Counted from the first letter of the stretch, positions 19,136 through 28,327 are shown. The stretch: 64,000 nt of DNA from Candidatus Binatia bacterium (GCA_963664395.2 OY761159.2:4512001-4576000); one strand, 5' to 3'. Program-made: numbers and translations. The notes: generated by a model from the letters alone, not told the origin.

Positions 19136-20821
19136 TCAGACCGGCCGGAGCATCGAGCCGGGCAGCCCGCCCTGGTGGATATTATCCGAAAAAACGATAT
19201 TTCCGCCGACAATAGTGTGCTGTACTCCGGTTGCATATTCGATCAGGCGCGGCTTTTCGCCCGGCAGATCGTTGACCCATTGGGGCGGCTGAGGACCAAT
19301 AGTATCCGGGTCAAAAACTACCAGATCGGCATCACAACCCGAGGCGATGCGGCCTTTCCTGGGCTGATTGAGAAACGTTGCCGGCTCAGAGGTCAGTCGC
19401 CGCACGCCTTCTTCAAGCGTCATGGCCTGTCGTTTCCGCACCCACTCTCCGAGCAGGTAGGTGGGCACACCGGCGTCGCAATGCTGGTCCACGTGCGCCC
19501 CGGCATCGGACAGTCCGATGAGACAGTCAGGATGGGTAATCAACTCACGCACTTCATCAGGATTGGTGTTGATGACCGAAAGCGTAATGCCCATCTCCAG
19601 GTTTTCATCAATGGCCAAATCCAGAATCGTATCAATAGGATCACTCCGTGTTTCCGCCGCAATGTCGGCAATGCTTTTATTCAGATGCCTTTTGTTGTGG
19701 TCTTTCTGCACCTTGACAACATGCACCTGATTCCACTGGTTGGTAAAAATAGCCCCGCCAATTTGCAGGTCCTTGCGAAAGGCCGCTCGGAATTCCGGCT
19801 TTTGGTATAAGGCGATTTGTTCACCAACGGATCGATTAAAAGCCTCTTTCCACGACGGCAGGCTGGCAAAGATAAAGGGCACTTTGAGGGTATAGTACTG
19901 CTGGATGGGACGCGGTGTGACTTGAGGTGGAATCCGCATCCCCTTGAGGAAGAGGGGTTTCAGGCGGTCCAGGGCCGACCGGTAGACACCGGGTTTATCG
20001 GACCGTCCGAGGAGCGCCAGCCAGGTGACCGGGCGTTGGCTGGCCTCGGCAATGGCAACCAGCAGCGCTAATTCTTCGTCGGTCAACACACTCACGCTCC
20101 GGGTCAGCGCGATTTCGATGACACCCTTGCCCAGCTCGTTCATCACCTGACCAAGCGTGCAGAGTTCCTTCCGGGTCGCCATCCGACTCGCCAGCGGTTT
20201 GCCCTGGTAGCCGATATGCTGGTCGAGCAGGCTCAGCGAATAGCCATACGCTCCGGCCTGCATGGCTTCCCGAAAAAGTACGGTCATGCGAGCGAGTTCT
20301 GCGTCATTCGCCTCTCGCTCGCATGCGTCGGCACCCATGACAAAATAGCGAAAGCTGGACAGCGGAACCAAAAATCCCACGTTGAGAGCCGTGCCGCGCC
20401 GCACAATGGCCTGCATATACTGTGGAAAACTCTCCCACTCATCCCAGGCCACGCCATTCAGCAAGACGTCATGCGGCATAGCCTCCACATTGACCAGATC
20501 CCACGAGACAATGTCCTTCTCTTGCGGACGACACGGCGCAACGCCGACCCCGCAGTTGCCCATGAGCACACTGGTCACACCGTGCCAGCCTGAACAGGTC
20601 AGCAGCGGGTCCCACGACACCTGCGCATCGTAATGCGTATGGATATCAATAAAGCCCGGTGCGACCACACAGCCGTCGGCGTTAATCGTCCGCGTTGCCG
20701 TTCCGGACACCGAGCCAACATCGGTGATGACTCCGTCCTTGACGCCGACAGCGCCATGAGAGAGCGCCGCGCCGGTGCCGTCACAAATCCGAGCGTCTGT
20801 AATGAGCAGGTCGTAAGCCAT
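19136..20821 (-). CDS. N-acyl-D-amino-acid deacylase family amidohydrolase (paralog of 7129..8811)
   Basis: PGFIDIHTHYDAQ, HGVTSVLMGNCGVG, SDAGAH. Confidence 0.9.
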   Translation of the reverse strand: MAYDLLITDARICDGTGAALSHGAVGVKDGVITDVGSVSGTATRTINADGCVVAPGFIDIHTHYDAQVSWDPLLTCSGWHGVTSVLMGNCGVGVAPCRPQEKDIVSWDLVNVEAMPHDVLLNGVAWDEWESFPQYMQAIVRRGTALNVGFLVPLSSFRYFVMGADACEREANDAELARMTVLFREAMQAGAYGYSLSLLDQHIGYQGKPLASRMATRKELCTLGQVMNELGKGVIEIALTRSVSVLTDEELALLVAIAEASQRPVTWLALLGRSDKPGVYRSALDRLKPLFLKGMRIPPQVTPRPIQQYYTLKVPFIFASLPSWKEAFNRSVGEQIALYQKPEFRAAFRKDLQIGGAIFTNQWNQVHVVKVQKDHNKRHLNKSIADIAAETRSDPIDTILDLAIDENLEMGITLSVINTNPDEVRELITHPDCLIGLSDAGAHVDQHCDAGVPTYLLGEWVRKRQAMTLEEGVRRLTSEPATFLNQPRKGRIASGCDADLVVFDPDTIGPQPPQWVNDLPGEKPRLIEYATGVQHTIVGGNIVFSDNIHQGGLPGSMLRPV

Positions 20822-20868
20822 GCTTCCCCCCTTTGTTCATCTCCAATAGGTCAATCAGCCCCCTACGC

Positions 20869-21933
20869 TTATCCGGTCGGCTGGGACTCCGCCGTCTTCG
20901 CCTCTGTATTCGTCTCCTGGGGTTCGTCGCCCCCAAGCTCGGCCTGTTCTTTGACATAGCGCGCAATCTGTTCGTGGGTGGCAAACCAGACGCCGGGTTT
21001 GCTTTTCATGTATGCTATGAGTCTATCAAGCATTTTCATGCGGTAGCGATGGCCGATGACTTGGGGATGCATGGTGAGAATATACATCGTCCCTTCCTCA
21101 TAGGCACCGTCAAATTCGTCTTTCCAGATCGAGTACACGTCGTCAGCATTACGAATACTGACGTGCCGACTCGGCCAACTCAGTTGAAATAACGGCCAAT
21201 CGTCGAGTATCCATTCGACCGGTAGTTCAACCAGGCCGGTTTCTTCACCATTGGAAACCAGGCTGTAGGGGCGGTCATCCGCCATCATGCTGCTTTCATA
21301 CAGAAAGCCCATTTCTTTGACGATCCGAATAGTCGCCGGGGTCAGGTCCCAGGCCGCGGACCGAAAGCCGGTCGGCCGTTTCCCCACCCTTTCGACAAAG
21401 ATTTTCATGGCCTTCTCGTACACCGCCCGCTCTTCTGCTTCGCTCAGCGTCAGAGGGTTTTCATGCACATAGGAGTGAAAGCCGATCTCATAGTCGGGAT
21501 GTTTCTTGAGTTCTTCGATCACCTGGGGATGCAGGATCATTGAGATCGCAGGAATAAAAAAGGAGGCCGGGATGTCGTGCTTTTCCAATAAGGCAAAGAT
21601 GCGCGGCATGCCGGCGCGCGCGCCATACTCACCCCGCGACATATACGAGGGGCTTTGCTGGCCCTGAAATCCCATCCAGACCGGCTCGGTGTCAAAGTCA
21701 AACGAAAAACTCACCGCAACTCGGGCACCATCCGGCCATGACTTGGGCGTCAGGTCTTTGCCGCTGCGGACAATGGCCACATGCTGTTGAAACTGCTCCG
21801 GCTCCCACTGCCAGAGTGGGACTTCATCCTCCCCGCCTCCGTGGCCCCAAGCAACCGAGGCCGACCCCGCCAGCACTCCAAGGCTCACTATGACAACAAG
21901 GCTTTTCATCCAGTCCGACCACAGTTGCTTCAT
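20869..21933 (-). CDS. Secreted polysaccharide deacetylase/CE4 (PgdA/PuuE-like) protein
   Basis: SFSFDFD, SRGEYGARAGMPRI, GFHSYVHE, GFRS, TMHPQVIG; hydrophobic signal peptide ending AWG; start ATG 21933 with AGGAGA RBS. Confidence 0.87.
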   Translation of the reverse strand: MKQLWSDWMKSLVVIVSLGVLAGSASVAWGHGGGEDEVPLWQWEPEQFQQHVAIVRSGKDLTPKSWPDGARVAVSFSFDFDTEPVWMGFQGQQSPSYMSRGEYGARAGMPRIFALLEKHDIPASFFIPAISMILHPQVIEELKKHPDYEIGFHSYVHENPLTLSEAEERAVYEKAMKIFVERVGKRPTGFRSAAWDLTPATIRIVKEMGFLYESSMMADDRPYSLVSNGEETGLVELPVEWILDDWPLFQLSWPSRHVSIRNADDVYSIWKDEFDGAYEEGTMYILTMHPQVIGHRYRMKMLDRLIAYMKSKPGVWFATHEQIARYVKEQAELGGDEPQETNTEAKTAESQPTG

Positions 21934-21989
21934 GACATCTTCTCCTGAAAAGAGGGATTTGTGTTCCATACCAGATTTGAACGGCTTTG

Positions 21990-22049
21990 GTAGGGGCGCA
22001 AAATTGTACACCCCTGCCCGTCAAGCGATATCCTGCAAGCGATATCCTG
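21990..22049. repeat. Degenerate GTAG REP plus a 14-bp tandem duplication at the left edge of Zorya
   Basis: gtaggggcgcaaaattgtacacccctgc; CAAGCGATATCCTG x2 (22022..22049). Confidence 0.65.
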
Positions 22050-22101
22050 TCAGAGAGAGGTGTGATATTTCCCCAAATCGGTTCGTCAACATAGGGGAAA
22101 A

Positions 22102-23403
22102 ATGGATATGACATTGCGATTCTTTGGAGCAATTTTCGAGAACAGCGTTTCTACCTGCTTCGCCTTCATAATTGGCTTAGTTTTCGTTTTGGCAATTCTG
22201 GCTCAGTTCACAGAACGGTTCAGACGTTTTGAGGGATTATACCATTCTGGCCCCACCCTCCTCCCCACCTTGGGCGTGCTCGGTACCTTCGTTGGTATTG
22301 CCCTGGGGCTACTCGACTTTGACGTAAGCAATATCGACAAAAGCGTCCCCCCATTGTTGGAAGGGCTTAAAGTCGCCTTCATGACCAGCATTATCGGTCT
22401 TGGTGCGGCAATCCTCCTCAGAGTGGTGCAAATCGCCACATCAAGGCCAGAGACGGAAGAAACAGAAGTGACGCCTGCGGTTATTCATTCCAGTCTAACG
22501 GCCATTAAAGAAGGAATCGACAAAGCAGCCTCACAAGAACGTGAGTCGCTTGAAGATTTACGCAAATCGATTTCCGCTGACGGCGATAGCAGCCTTCTCA
22601 CACAGGTTCAGAAGTTGAGAACAGACTTCAAAGACGGCCAACAGGAGCTAACAAAAGAATTTCGTCAATTTGCGGAAACCATGGCTGAGAATAACTCGAA
22701 GGCTCTTATTGAAGCTCTTGAACAAGTCATTCGCGACTTCAACACGCAACTGAATGAACAATTCGGTGATAATTTCAAGCAGCTTAACGAAGCGGTAAGT
22801 GCGCTCCTGACCTGGCAGGAAAACTATCGTGAGCACGTCGAGGCGTTAGAGCACAGACTTGAAATAGCAGTCCGGGCAGCCGAGGCTTCTGAACAGGCAC
22901 TCAGCAAAATTGTACGCCATACGAAACAGATTCCCGTGACCCTACAGAGCCTGCGGGACATTCTGAAGGGACTCGATGAACATCTGGAAACCGTTGCGGA
23001 ATTGAAAGACAAAGCCGTCAAAGCGTTCCCCGTAATAGACGACAATCTCGCCAAGCTAACGAACAAGCTCGGAGAATCCGTCCAGCAAGCCATCCAGCGT
23101 TCCGACAAGGCTCTCCAGCTTCAGCAAGACGCCCACACCAAGCTTCACCATGGATTCGATCAACTCTTGGAGAACGCTCAGCAAACACAGAAGCAGTTCG
23201 GGGATACCTTGAAAGAGACCTTGTCAAGGATCGAAAAAGAGCTTGAAGAACTGAATCCGCGAATGGAGCAGACACTGCATCAGAGCATTGAGATCATGGG
23301 AGGACACTTGGCGTCGCTGTCTGACAAATTCGTGGAAGACTACACCCCCCTGACCGACCGCCTCCGTGAGGTGGTTCAAATAGCGTCAAGGAGTAGAAAC
23401 TAA
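22102..23403 (+). CDS. zorA: Zorya anti-phage ZorA (MotA/TolQ/ExbB-like membrane domain plus long helical tail)
   Basis: PTLLPTLGVLGTFVGIALGL.DFD...I..SVP.LLEGLKVAF.TSI.G; coiled-coil tail with EQFGDNFKQLN. Confidence 0.88.
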   Translation: MDMTLRFFGAIFENSVSTCFAFIIGLVFVLAILAQFTERFRRFEGLYHSGPTLLPTLGVLGTFVGIALGLLDFDVSNIDKSVPPLLEGLKVAFMTSIIGLGAAILLRVVQIATSRPETEETEVTPAVIHSSLTAIKEGIDKAASQERESLEDLRKSISADGDSSLLTQVQKLRTDFKDGQQELTKEFRQFAETMAENNSKALIEALEQVIRDFNTQLNEQFGDNFKQLNEAVSALLTWQENYREHVEALEHRLEIAVRAAEASEQALSKIVRHTKQIPVTLQSLRDILKGLDEHLETVAELKDKAVKAFPVIDDNLAKLTNKLGESVQQAIQRSDKALQLQQDAHTKLHHGFDQLLENAQQTQKQFGDTLKETLSRIEKELEELNPRMEQTLHQSIEIMGGHLASLSDKFVEDYTPLTDRLREVVQIASRSRN

Positions 23404-24110
23404 TGGCAGTGGAAAAACTGTTTGGCCGTAGCGCCTTATCCGAAGACGAGCACTGGCTGTCGGTTTCGGATCTGATGGCCGGCCTCATGGTCATTTTTCT
23501 GTTTATTGCGATTACATACATCCGGCCTATTGCCGAAATCCAGTCCAAGATTCGGAACATCGTCGTAGCCTGGAAAGATTCCGAAGTAGAAATCTACAAG
23601 GCACTTGAGAAAGAATTCAAAGACGACCTGCCCAGGTGGCGTGCGGAACTGGATCGGACAACCCTATCGCTCCGCTTCAAAGCTCCTGACGTTTTGTTTG
23701 ATTCTGCAACAGCAGTGCTGAAACCCGAGTTCAGACGTATCCTGGACGACTTCTTTCCCCGCTACCTCAACGCACTGCACCAGTTCAAGGATGCAATTGC
23801 GGAGGTTCGCCTTGAAGGGCATACCTCGTCCGAATGGGAAGGAGCCACGACAGAAGATGTTGCCTACTTCAGGAACATGGAACTTTCGCAAGCCAGAACA
23901 CGAGCGGTTTTAGAATATTCTCTTGGACTTCCGTTGGTTGACCCGTACCAGGAATGGGCGCGCAAGCTGATTACGGCTAACGGTCTTTCTTCCAGCCGTC
24001 TGATTCTCCAAGATGCCAAAGAAGATAAGACCGGGTCTCGACGTGTTGAATTCAGGGTTCGCACCAACACCAAGGAACAGATCGTCAGGGTTCTAGAAAC
24101 AATAGAATAA
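23403..24110 (+). CDS. zorB: Zorya ZorB (MotB/OmpA-like)
   Basis: HWLSVSDLMAGLMVIFLFI transmembrane helix with conserved Asp; EGHTSSEW, NMELSQAR, SRRVEFRV; TAATG coupling. Confidence 0.9.
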   Translation: MAVEKLFGRSALSEDEHWLSVSDLMAGLMVIFLFIAITYIRPIAEIQSKIRNIVVAWKDSEVEIYKALEKEFKDDLPRWRAELDRTTLSLRFKAPDVLFDSATAVLKPEFRRILDDFFPRYLNALHQFKDAIAEVRLEGHTSSEWEGATTEDVAYFRNMELSQARTRAVLEYSLGLPLVDPYQEWARKLITANGLSSSRLILQDAKEDKTGSRRVEFRVRTNTKEQIVRVLETIE

Positions 24111-24934
24111 TGGATTTTCCGAAACTTCAAGCGCTGGTGAATCGCATGGGGGCAAGTCCTTCGTCTTGGCGGCTGCGTCCGTATGAAACGAGAAAGATAG
24201 AAAGAGAAAGGGAGAAACTGGGACAGGAGCTTCAACAGGGGAAGGAGATACATAATCTTGACGAAGTTGAACCGCGCGGAGAGTTACTTACACATAAAGG
24301 CGAACAAATCGTCCTATACATCAAGGACACTCGTCAGGGTAAATATACACTCTTACACTATCCCGAAGAAGCCAGGAGGTTCCACGTCGCCGAATGCCAA
24401 ACCATAAGGGAGATGCGCTGGAAGGGGCGCTTCGAGCGGTATGTCGTAACGACCAGACAGGACGGAAAGTTTCTTGTGGAAGCCGCAGATTCGGACAAGG
24501 AATTTGAAGCTCCGCTGCGTGTATGCAAGAACTGTCTCACACACTTGGACTGGAAAGGGTACGCGCAGTCGAAAAGCGTCAAATTGTGGGAGGAGTTCTC
24601 ACTTCAAGACTTCTTCGCGGAATTTACAACCTTCTTTTCTTCAAGACCTCGGTATACGGACCGGACAGCCCCGCCCGGAGGTTATGCTAAAGACTGGCAC
24701 CGTCTAGCAACCAAAATCAAACGGACACGTGGATGGCGTTGCAACGAATGTGACGTAAATCTTTCTCGACATCGCCCCTTACTTCACGGGCATCACAAGA
24801 ACGGAGTTACCTCGGATAATAGACCAGAAAATATTGCGGTTCTTTGTCTCCTGTGTCATTCGGAACAGCCTTATCATGGACGTGTAAAACCATCTGATGC
24901 ACAACGTGAACTCATTGAATCCTTGAAAAAGTAG
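24110..24934 (+). CDS. zorE: Zorya type II effector ZorE (HNH endonuclease)
   Basis: VLYIKD...RFHVAEC...GRFERYVVT...VCKNCL; C-terminal CxxC...HHKNG..SDN...LC..CH; translationally coupled to zorB. Confidence 0.82.
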   Translation: MDFPKLQALVNRMGASPSSWRLRPYETRKIEREREKLGQELQQGKEIHNLDEVEPRGELLTHKGEQIVLYIKDTRQGKYTLLHYPEEARRFHVAECQTIREMRWKGRFERYVVTTRQDGKFLVEAADSDKEFEAPLRVCKNCLTHLDWKGYAQSKSVKLWEEFSLQDFFAEFTTFFSSRPRYTDRTAPPGGYAKDWHRLATKIKRTRGWRCNECDVNLSRHRPLLHGHHKNGVTSDNRPENIAVLCLLCHSEQPYHGRVKPSDAQRELIESLKK

Positions 24935-25027
24935 AGGCGTAGATTTTTACGCTCCCAGATGCATCAATCGTACTCGCCCGTCGTGCTTCACGCCCCGTGA
25001 CGGAAAAATCAAGGGGGCAAGTGGCCT

Positions 25028-25144
25028 CTACCCGTTCCGGTCCCGCAACAGTTCCCGAATCCCTACTCCAATATCGGCCAAGACTGCGCCCTGTTGCTGC
25101 AAGGCTATCATAGTTTCCTGGTGCTGAGCCTGCATCGTCTGCAC
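25028..25144 (-). CDS. Possible 38-aa small protein or gene remnant (VQTMQAQHQETMIALQQQGAVLADIGVGIRELLRDRNG)
   Basis: GTG..TAG ORF with AAGGGG upstream; amphipathic helical composition; below the ORF-track cutoff. Confidence 0.3.
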   Translation of the reverse strand: MQTMQAQHQETMIALQQQGAVLADIGVGIRELLRDRNG

Positions 25145-25182
25145 AGATTCCCCTTTATTGCTCAATTAAGAGGAGCCCCTCC

Positions 25183-25536
25183 CTACGAGCGGGCGAAGAT
25201 CTGCACGATATTGCCAGCCGGGTCCACCGCGGTGAAGTATTTGCCGTGTCCGCCCATGTCCACGGTGGCGTTGACCGTGACGCCGTTTTGGGCCAGCTTC
25301 TCGCGCATTTCTCCGAGGTCCTCGACCTCAAGGACGACGGTTGCCCCGCCCCCCGGAGGGACCGAGCCTTCACTCGGGTCAGCCAGCGCCACCCCGACAC
25401 CATTCACGTCAAACTGTGTCCAGCGGTCGCCATCGCGAAATTTGACCTCAAGGCCCAGGATATCTTGGTAAAAATTCACCGCCTAGTCCATATTGTTGAC
25501 CACGTAGTAAGCACTTGAAAATTTTTTGACTGCCAT
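25183..25536 (-). pseudogene. VOC/glyoxalase family gene with an in-frame TAG at codon 18
   Basis: ATG 25536 with GAGGAGG RBS gives MAVKKFSSAYYVVNNMD*AVNFYQDILGL...DPAGNIVQI; TAG at 25483..25485. Confidence 0.75.
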
Positions 25537-25607
25537 ATCTCAGTGTCCTCCTCTTTCTTGGCGTTCAGCTATCAATTTTTCAGTGGGGAGGCTATAGGCT
25601 GTAGGCT

Positions 25608-26459
25608 ATGCCCGAACTACCGGAAGTTGAGACGATTGTCCGTAAGCTCACACGTGGTGAACCCGCGGAAGCCGGACTGCCGACCTACCCTTCTCTCATA
25701 GGGTCTGTGATAACACACGCCTGGGGAAATTGGCACAATTCCATACGACCATCCATTAAAGCCGTCACGCACACATTGCCCGGCCACCGTATCGAATCAC
25801 TCGGACGGCGCGGCAAATACATCGTCTTGACATTACAGTCTCGTTCGGATGCCGCCGTCCGTTACCTCGTCATCCACCTCAAAATGAGCGGGCGGATTGA
25901 AGTCCGCGAAACCGGCTATCCACGTCATAAGCACGTGCATTTCACCTGTCGTTTCGACACCGGCTACACCCTGCATTTTAATGACGCCCGCAAGTTTGGG
26001 CGGGTCTATTGCGTGGACGATCTCGAAGCGGTGACCGGCCATCTCGGCCCGGAACCGTTAGAGCCGACTTTTACGCTGCGTCGCTTTCGGCCATTAATTG
26101 CGAAAAAGACCGGCGGGCTCAAAGCGCTGCTCCTGAATCAGTCTTTTATTGCCGGTGTGGGTAATATTTATGCCGATGAAGCGCTCTGGCGAGCCAAGCT
26201 CCATCCCTTTTCCCGAGCCGCTGACCTTGATGACACCCAAGTCGCAGCGCTGCATAAAGCGATCCGAGCGGCCCTGAACGAGGGCATTAAACACAACGGC
26301 GCGGCCATTGATTGGGTCTATCCTGAAGGCAACTACCAGAACTTCTTTCGCGTGTACGGCAGGACAGACAAGCCCTGCGCTCGCTGCCATACTCCGATTG
26401 AACGTACCCTGGTAGGCCAACGCAGCACACATTTTTGTCCGCAGTGTCAGCAGCTTTGA
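25608..26459 (+). CDS. mutM: Formamidopyrimidine-DNA glycosylase (Fpg/MutM)
   Basis: MPELPEVE, RRGKY, HLKMSG, D.RKFG, GVGNIYADE, C-terminal CxxC...RSTHFCPQCQ zinc finger. Confidence 0.96.
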   Translation: MPELPEVETIVRKLTRGEPAEAGLPTYPSLIGSVITHAWGNWHNSIRPSIKAVTHTLPGHRIESLGRRGKYIVLTLQSRSDAAVRYLVIHLKMSGRIEVRETGYPRHKHVHFTCRFDTGYTLHFNDARKFGRVYCVDDLEAVTGHLGPEPLEPTFTLRRFRPLIAKKTGGLKALLLNQSFIAGVGNIYADEALWRAKLHPFSRAADLDDTQVAALHKAIRAALNEGIKHNGAAIDWVYPEGNYQNFFRVYGRTDKPCARCHTPIERTLVGQRSTHFCPQCQQL

Positions 26460-26464
26460 GTGGC

Positions 26465-26506
26465 GAGCCCTCCCCACGCTGATTTACCGAGCAGACAGGA
26501 GGGCTC
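26465..26506. terminator. Hairpin between the convergent mutM and citrate-synthase-like genes
   Basis: GAGCCCTCC...GGAGGGCTC 9-bp stem. Confidence 0.45.
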
Positions 26507-26507
26507 C

Positions 26508-27740
26508 TTAGACAGGTACTTTTCCTATATACTGCGCCCTTGGTCGAATTAAGCGGTCAGCTTTATACTGCTCTATGGCATGGCCAATCCAGCCTATTGT
26601 TCGTCCTAATGCGAAAATCGTCAAAGCTGAACCAGACGCTAATTGCAGTGCGTTCGCTAGCGCTACGAGAGCAAAATCAATGGTCGGATGTTCGCCGGTC
26701 ATCTTGTGAGCCTGGGAGACAACGCCCGTAGCGAGGGCGAGCGCTGGAGAGCCAGCGTATCTCTTTCCGAGTTGTTTCAGCAGGAGCCTGGCGCGGGGAT
26801 CACCCTCTGGATACAACCTATGGCCAAAGCCAGGAATCGCCTCGCCTCGTCGCAACCGGTCTGCGAGAACCGTCCTCGCCCGCTTCGGCGTTTGCACCTC
26901 CCGGAGGAACGCTTCCACCTGGCCAGTTTGTCCGCCATGTCTAACGCCGAGCAAAGCAGACAAACCCGCCAGCACAGCCGAATAGAGTGTTGCCTGAGCT
27001 GAGGCCACACAGCGCGCGGTAAAGGAAGACACATTCAATTCATGGTCTGCGCACAGAATCAAGGCCAGAGTGAAAAGTGCTACAGCCCGAGAATCGTTAG
27101 GGGCCCAGCCCTGCTGTAGCGTCTGGGCCAGAGACGCCTGAGTACGTTCCTGTTCAGTTGCAACAAGGGTGAGATACTGAAGCAGACGCGCCCCGGCTCG
27201 GGCGACAGCCTGAGGCCGTATATCGTAAGCTCTCAAGTCCTCTTGAGCGATAAAAGGCAAAACAGCCTGAAACCTTTCCAGCGGAGGAAGCGCCTGTGCT
27301 GTTCGAGCAACAGCGCGTATGGTTTTCGAGAGGGATAGAGGTGAAGCTGAGAACAAACCGTTTCGTCCAGCCTCAACATTCTCAAGCCATATGAGACCGA
27401 TAACAGCCTCAACATCGTACGCCTTCACGAGATCGGCAACATTATACCCTCGATAAAACAAGTTCCCAGCGTCAATGAGCGTAATCGCTGAATCTAAGAG
27501 CGGCGTTCCCCAGTGCAGAGCCTCAGCCGTTAGCTTCGTTAATGTCGCTGGATCGCGTCTCAGTTCTTTACGCTCTTTGAGGCGCTGGACATCTTCCTTC
27601 GCATAGCGCCGGGCTCGGGTCTTCCCCCCAGCGGACTCAGATCGAATAAGCCCTCGACTGACATAGGCATATAGCGTGGGCGCGGTTATTCCCAACTCGA
27701 CACAGACTTCCTGAGTCGTGAGATAGTGCGTACTTGGCAT
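26508..27740 (-). CDS. HTH (excisionase/MerR-like)-citrate synthase family fusion protein
   Basis: N-terminal YLTTQEV..ELGIT..TLYAYVSRGLI; citrate synthase motifs YRG, ADHELN.SSF, G.RHGG, PGFGH.LY..GDPRA, IDF, GRTIGWIGH, IRPRA.Y. Confidence 0.9.
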   Translation of the reverse strand: MPSTHYLTTQEVCVELGITAPTLYAYVSRGLIRSESAGGKTRARRYAKEDVQRLKERKELRRDPATLTKLTAEALHWGTPLLDSAITLIDAGNLFYRGYNVADLVKAYDVEAVIGLIWLENVEAGRNGLFSASPLSLSKTIRAVARTAQALPPLERFQAVLPFIAQEDLRAYDIRPQAVARAGARLLQYLTLVATEQERTQASLAQTLQQGWAPNDSRAVALFTLALILCADHELNVSSFTARCVASAQATLYSAVLAGLSALLGVRHGGQTGQVEAFLREVQTPKRARTVLADRLRRGEAIPGFGHRLYPEGDPRARLLLKQLGKRYAGSPALALATGVVSQAHKMTGEHPTIDFALVALANALQLASGSALTIFALGRTIGWIGHAIEQYKADRLIRPRAQYIGKVPV

Positions 27741-27766
27741 GATTCCGCTCTTTTGGTTTTTATAGT

Positions 27767-27816
27767 AACATTGATTTATAAATCAATGTTGACAATATAG
27801 AAGAGCTATCTAAAGT
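27767..27816 (+). promoter_or_regulatory. Perfect 24-bp palindrome (putative operator) overlapping a sigma70-like promoter for the cupin gene
   Basis: AACATTGATTTATAAATCAATGTT (27767..27790); TTGACA 27789..27794 and TAAAGT 27811..27816. Confidence 0.7.
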
Positions 27817-27850
27817 CAAATCATTCTATACCCCATTCAGAGGAGGAAAT

Positions 27851-28327
27851 TTGATGAGTTCCCCGAGACCAATACCTGCGGCAGAGGTTCCGGCACCTTC
27901 AAAGAAATCGAATTATCCCGAGCCCTACGCCTCACTGATGAATGGCCGAATCAAGCGAAAACTTGGTGACTTTTTTCAGTTGAAAAATTTTGGAGTCAAC
28001 CTGACCACTCTCTCTCCAGGATCGATGTCCGCCTTGAAACATCGGCATTCCCAACAAGACGAATTCATCTATGTATTGAGTGGAACGCCAACACTGGTCT
28101 ACGGAAGCTACGAATATGTCTTGGGACCTGGAGAATGCATAGGATTTCAGGCGGGCGAGGGAAGCGCTCACCATCTTGTGAATCGTTCAGAAAATACGGT
28201 GACGTATCTTGAGATAGGTGATCGAACGTCGGGAGATGACGTGGTCTATCCTGACGATGATATCTGCGCAAAATCTGAAGCCGATGGCACCTGGGCGTTT
28301 ACGCACAAAGATGGCAGGCCCTACTAA
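27851..28327 (+). CDS. Cupin domain protein
   Basis: FGVNLTTL.PG..SALKH.HS.QDEFIYVL.G, GF.AG.G.AHHLVN, YLEIGDR; GAGGAGG RBS. Confidence 0.9.
   Translation: MMSSPRPIPAAEVPAPSKKSNYPEPYASLMNGRIKRKLGDFFQLKNFGVNLTTLSPGSMSALKHRHSQQDEFIYVLSGTPTLVYGSYEYVLGPGECIGFQAGEGSAHHLVNRSENTVTYLEIGDRTSGDDVVYPDDDICAKSEADGTWAFTHKDGRPY

Noticed and set aside
22102-24110. Flagellar motAB or tolQR/exbBD
   Set aside because: The long ZorA-type cytoplasmic tail, coupled HNH gene and lack of flagellar or tonB/tol neighbours favour Zorya.
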